Assembly: GCA_965263355.1 (NCBI GenBank)
Contig: CBDHHL010000032.1
Location: 3,360,001 to 3,424,000, forward strand
Source: Leptolyngbyaceae cyanobacterium
GTDB lineage: Bacteria; Cyanobacteriota; Cyanobacteriia; Phormidesmidales; Phormidesmidaceae
Length of the DNA stretch: 64,000 nucleotides
Reading direction: 5' to 3'
This document shows, in pieces, positions 61,919-64,000 of the stretch; within the stretch, counting starts at the first letter, position 1, and the number at the start of each line of letters is the position of its first letter. The position numbers were made by a program, and so were the translations under genes. The notes below the pieces were generated by a model. The model did no database searches. It was not told where the DNA came from and was given only the letters and a program-made list of their open reading frames with translations.

Positions 61919-61990
61919 TAAACCTTGTCCACGTCCAAAACGGCCGTTTTTCCATAGAAGAACTACAGATTTCAACTTGGACGTGGTTTA
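61919..61990 (+). repeat. ~73-bp dispersed palindromic element, copy 6
   Basis: taaaccttgtccacgtccaaaacggccgtttttccatagaagaactacagatttcaacttggacgtggttta. Confidence 0.92.
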
Positions 61991-62302
61991 TCAGCAACTC
62001 ACTCAAGTATTACTGATAGCTTTAATCCCATTACCTAAGACCAGGAATACTTTAGACCCCTTGCGCTCAAACGGCAATGGAAAGGCAAACGACATAAAGC
62101 ATGAGTACGCTTGCGGCAGTTTATCAACCTAGAGAGTTAAACCTCTTTAGTCGATATTTCGAAATACCCTCATATAATCGTTTGGGCATAACTTTGAGCC
62201 ACAGTATACACGAATCGATCGAAAAAAATCACCAATTTCAAAAATAGGTCTAAATATCTTGATCTTTTTTGATTGCTTGACCAGTGAAAATGTCTAAAAC
62301 CT

Positions 62303-63013
62303 TCAGTTGCGGGAGCCGAACAATGTAGTTCCTAATCGAATGATATTTGCTCCAGCTGCGATCGCAAGCGGAAAGTCCTGGGACATTCCCATGGAAAAGT
62401 AACGAATGGGTAATGGCGTTTCCTGATGGTTTGCCAGCGCTTGTCCCAAGGCATAGGCTCGCTTAAAAAATGACTGGGTTTCAGTCACCAATAAACCATA
62501 GGGAGGAATTGCCATCAGTCCCTCTAATTTCAGGTAGGACAACTGGGCTAAATTGGGTAATGATTGCACCAAATCAGACTCAGACCAACCCTGTTTATTT
62601 GGGTCGGCCAACAGTTTTACCTGTAGACAACATATGGGGGAACGGGAGAGTTCAGCCGCTATTTTATCCAGGCGTTGAGCTAATTTCAGACTGTCTACAG
62701 AGTGAATCCAATCAAAATGTTGTATTGCCTTACGAACCTTGTTGGTTTGCAGATGGCCAATAAAATGCCAGGTAATATCTGGAAGATCGGTCAGTTCTGC
62801 TTGTTTAGCAATCGCTTCTTGGACCTTATTTTCACCAAAATCCCGTAGTCCTGCTGCATAGGCTGCTCGAATAATATCGGCAGAAAATGTCTTGCTCACA
62901 GCCACCAAACGAACATGGTTAGGCAGTTGCAGTTGCTGCACACGCTGAGCAATTTGCTGACTATAGGACATAGGCTGAGAAGATCCGTCGGTAGTACCCG
63001 CAGCATCTATCAT
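62303..63013 (-). CDS. pipY: PLP homeostasis protein YggS/PipY
   Basis: 'LVAVSKT', 'FGENKVQE', 'WHFIGHLQTNK', 'SMGMS', 'RLGTTLFG'; downstream of pipX. Confidence 0.93.
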   Translation of the reverse strand: MIDAAGTTDGSSQPMSYSQQIAQRVQQLQLPNHVRLVAVSKTFSADIIRAAYAAGLRDFGENKVQEAIAKQAELTDLPDITWHFIGHLQTNKVRKAIQHFDWIHSVDSLKLAQRLDKIAAELSRSPICCLQVKLLADPNKQGWSESDLVQSLPNLAQLSYLKLEGLMAIPPYGLLVTETQSFFKRAYALGQALANHQETPLPIRYFSMGMSQDFPLAIAAGANIIRLGTTLFGSRN

Positions 63014-63282
63014 TGAAACGTTCGCTTGTACACCTTATTCAACTGGTCAAATTCGTTATGTTGCCCTGCCTGGCGCAATGTACGAAGGCGTGTTTCTAGC
63101 ATCATACGTGCCTCTGTTCGACCAATAGGGTCAAAGAGTAAACCAGCTGCACGATCAACTTTTGCCAAGAAAAATAACCGTTGGGCATAGAGAGTGGTAA
63201 ATAGCTCCTTATCGCCATCCACCAGGCAAATCCGAAACAACAGCCCAAAGTCCGGGTGATTGAGGTAGGTTTCAGTGCTCAT
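63010..63282 (-). CDS. pipX: PII-interacting protein X
   Basis: 'ETYLNHPDFGLL', 'TLYAQRLFF'. Confidence 0.93.
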   Translation of the reverse strand: MSTETYLNHPDFGLLFRICLVDGDKELFTTLYAQRLFFLAKVDRAAGLLFDPIGRTEARMMLETRLRTLRQAGQHNEFDQLNKVYKRTFQ

Positions 63283-63561
63283 TCAAGACGTGCGATAACT
63301 ATGAGAACAATGGAAAGTATATACAGGGGTATTAACGGTTGCTTAGTACCTTAACTTGTCTATTATCGGCTGAAGTAGGTCAGTTAATACCTAATTAGAA
63401 TCCTCTAATGAGGCCGATGGCTGGAGCATAAACGCTGGCCAACAAGATGTCAAAACTACAATGTGTGAACTTGGCTAAACCAAACTCGGTGATATCCGAA
63501 GATCAAACCTATTTAAACCTATTTAAAAGACATTGATAATAGAGTTTACAGCGTTTCTTGT

Positions 63562-64000
63562 TTAGATCGAAACGCCGAGTGCTAGCAATTGAGCTTGAGC
63601 CTTTTGCAATGATTCCAACCATTCTTGATGGGGATTACTGTCCGCAACGATGCCTGCACCTACTTGCCCCCAAACAGTGTGGCTATTTGATCCTGTGGGC
63701 GTTAACAGTAACGTGCGAATCAATATATTTAAATCTAGCTGTCCTCGCCGATCTAAATATCCACAGGAGCCGTAAAATAAGCTGCGGCGTAAAGGCTCTA
63801 GGGTTTCAATGATTTCCATGCAGCGTACTTTGGGGCAGCCCGTAATGGTACCTCCAGGAAACGTAGCTCGAATCAGATCAATGGCATTGAGGTTGGGGCG
63901 TAGGGTACCAATGACATTGCTAACCAGATGCATGACATGACTATAGCGTTCGATCACCATTAGCTCATTCACTTGAATGGAACCCCAGTTACAAACTCGC
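63562..64000 (-). CDS. Anthranilate/aminodeoxychorismate synthase component I (TrpE/PabB family), C-terminal part
   Basis: 'HVMHLVS', 'FPGGTITGCPK', 'NILIRT', 'GAGIVADS'; runs off the window edge. Confidence 0.9.
   Translation of the reverse strand, partial: RVCNWGSIQVNELMVIERYSHVMHLVSNVIGTLRPNLNAIDLIRATFPGGTITGCPKVRCMEIIETLEPLRRSLFYGSCGYLDRRGQLDLNILIRTLLLTPTGSNSHTVWGQVGAGIVADSNPHQEWLESLQKAQAQLLALGVSI

Larger units (their letters stand above)
300..62365. repeat. HIP1 octamer GCGATCGC, about 24 dispersed copies, many as TGCGATCGCA
   Basis: Examples at 300, 3542, 15424, 28080, 37571, 41416, 53222, 62358; counted by eye. Confidence 0.9.

Noticed and set aside
61805..61975. N-terminal extension of SepF in the ORF track
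   Set aside because: It runs through the dispersed repeat and precedes the conserved SepF N-terminus.
11937..61990. 73-bp hairpins as CRISPR repeats or an integron attC cassette array
   Set aside because: Copies are kilobases apart in both orientations, flank core genes, and lack regular spacers and canonical RYYYAAC/GTTRRRY ends; there is no cas or intI gene in the window.
63505..63524. aaacctattt x2 tandem repeat upstream of pipX
   Set aside because: A short AT-rich duplication with no supporting context; I saw no convincing NtcA GTA-N8-TAC site nearby.
375..63812. Numerous 60-130 aa antisense or overlapping ORFs in the six-frame track
   Set aside because: They are shadows of well-supported genes on the opposite strand or another frame and have no motifs.

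Overview
Cyanobacterial chromosomal DNA: about 24 HIP1 octamers GCGATCGC counted by eye, plus chlI, a PucC/BCD transporter, pipX-pipY-sepF-proC, COP23, CpcT-like and Uma2 genes. The window is mostly housekeeping genes (purS/purQ, map, argG, ruvC, chlI, msrP, cysK, 1-Cys prx, rre1/ycf29-like, radC, SulP/BicA-like, bioA, ispE, rsmA, nadK, plsY, proC, sepF, pipY, pipX) mixed with accessory genes. I found no rRNA, tRNA, CRISPR array, transposase or integrase. Five signals go beyond routine annotation. (1) A ~72-74 bp intergenic, TA-bounded, bulged-hairpin repeat occurs in six full copies plus decayed fragments and looks like a MITE/ERIC-like element. (2) A separate set of GTAG-type REP-like palindromes is present, including one perfect 42-bp palindrome. 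(3) A class III nucleotide cyclase is fused to three tandem ~90-aa helical repeats and translationally coupled to a pentapeptide-repeat protein. (4) An AT-rich DUF4238-like gene is a candidate anti-phage gene. (5) Local G/C skew flips across several HIP1 sites. All family assignments come from motif recognition, not database searches.
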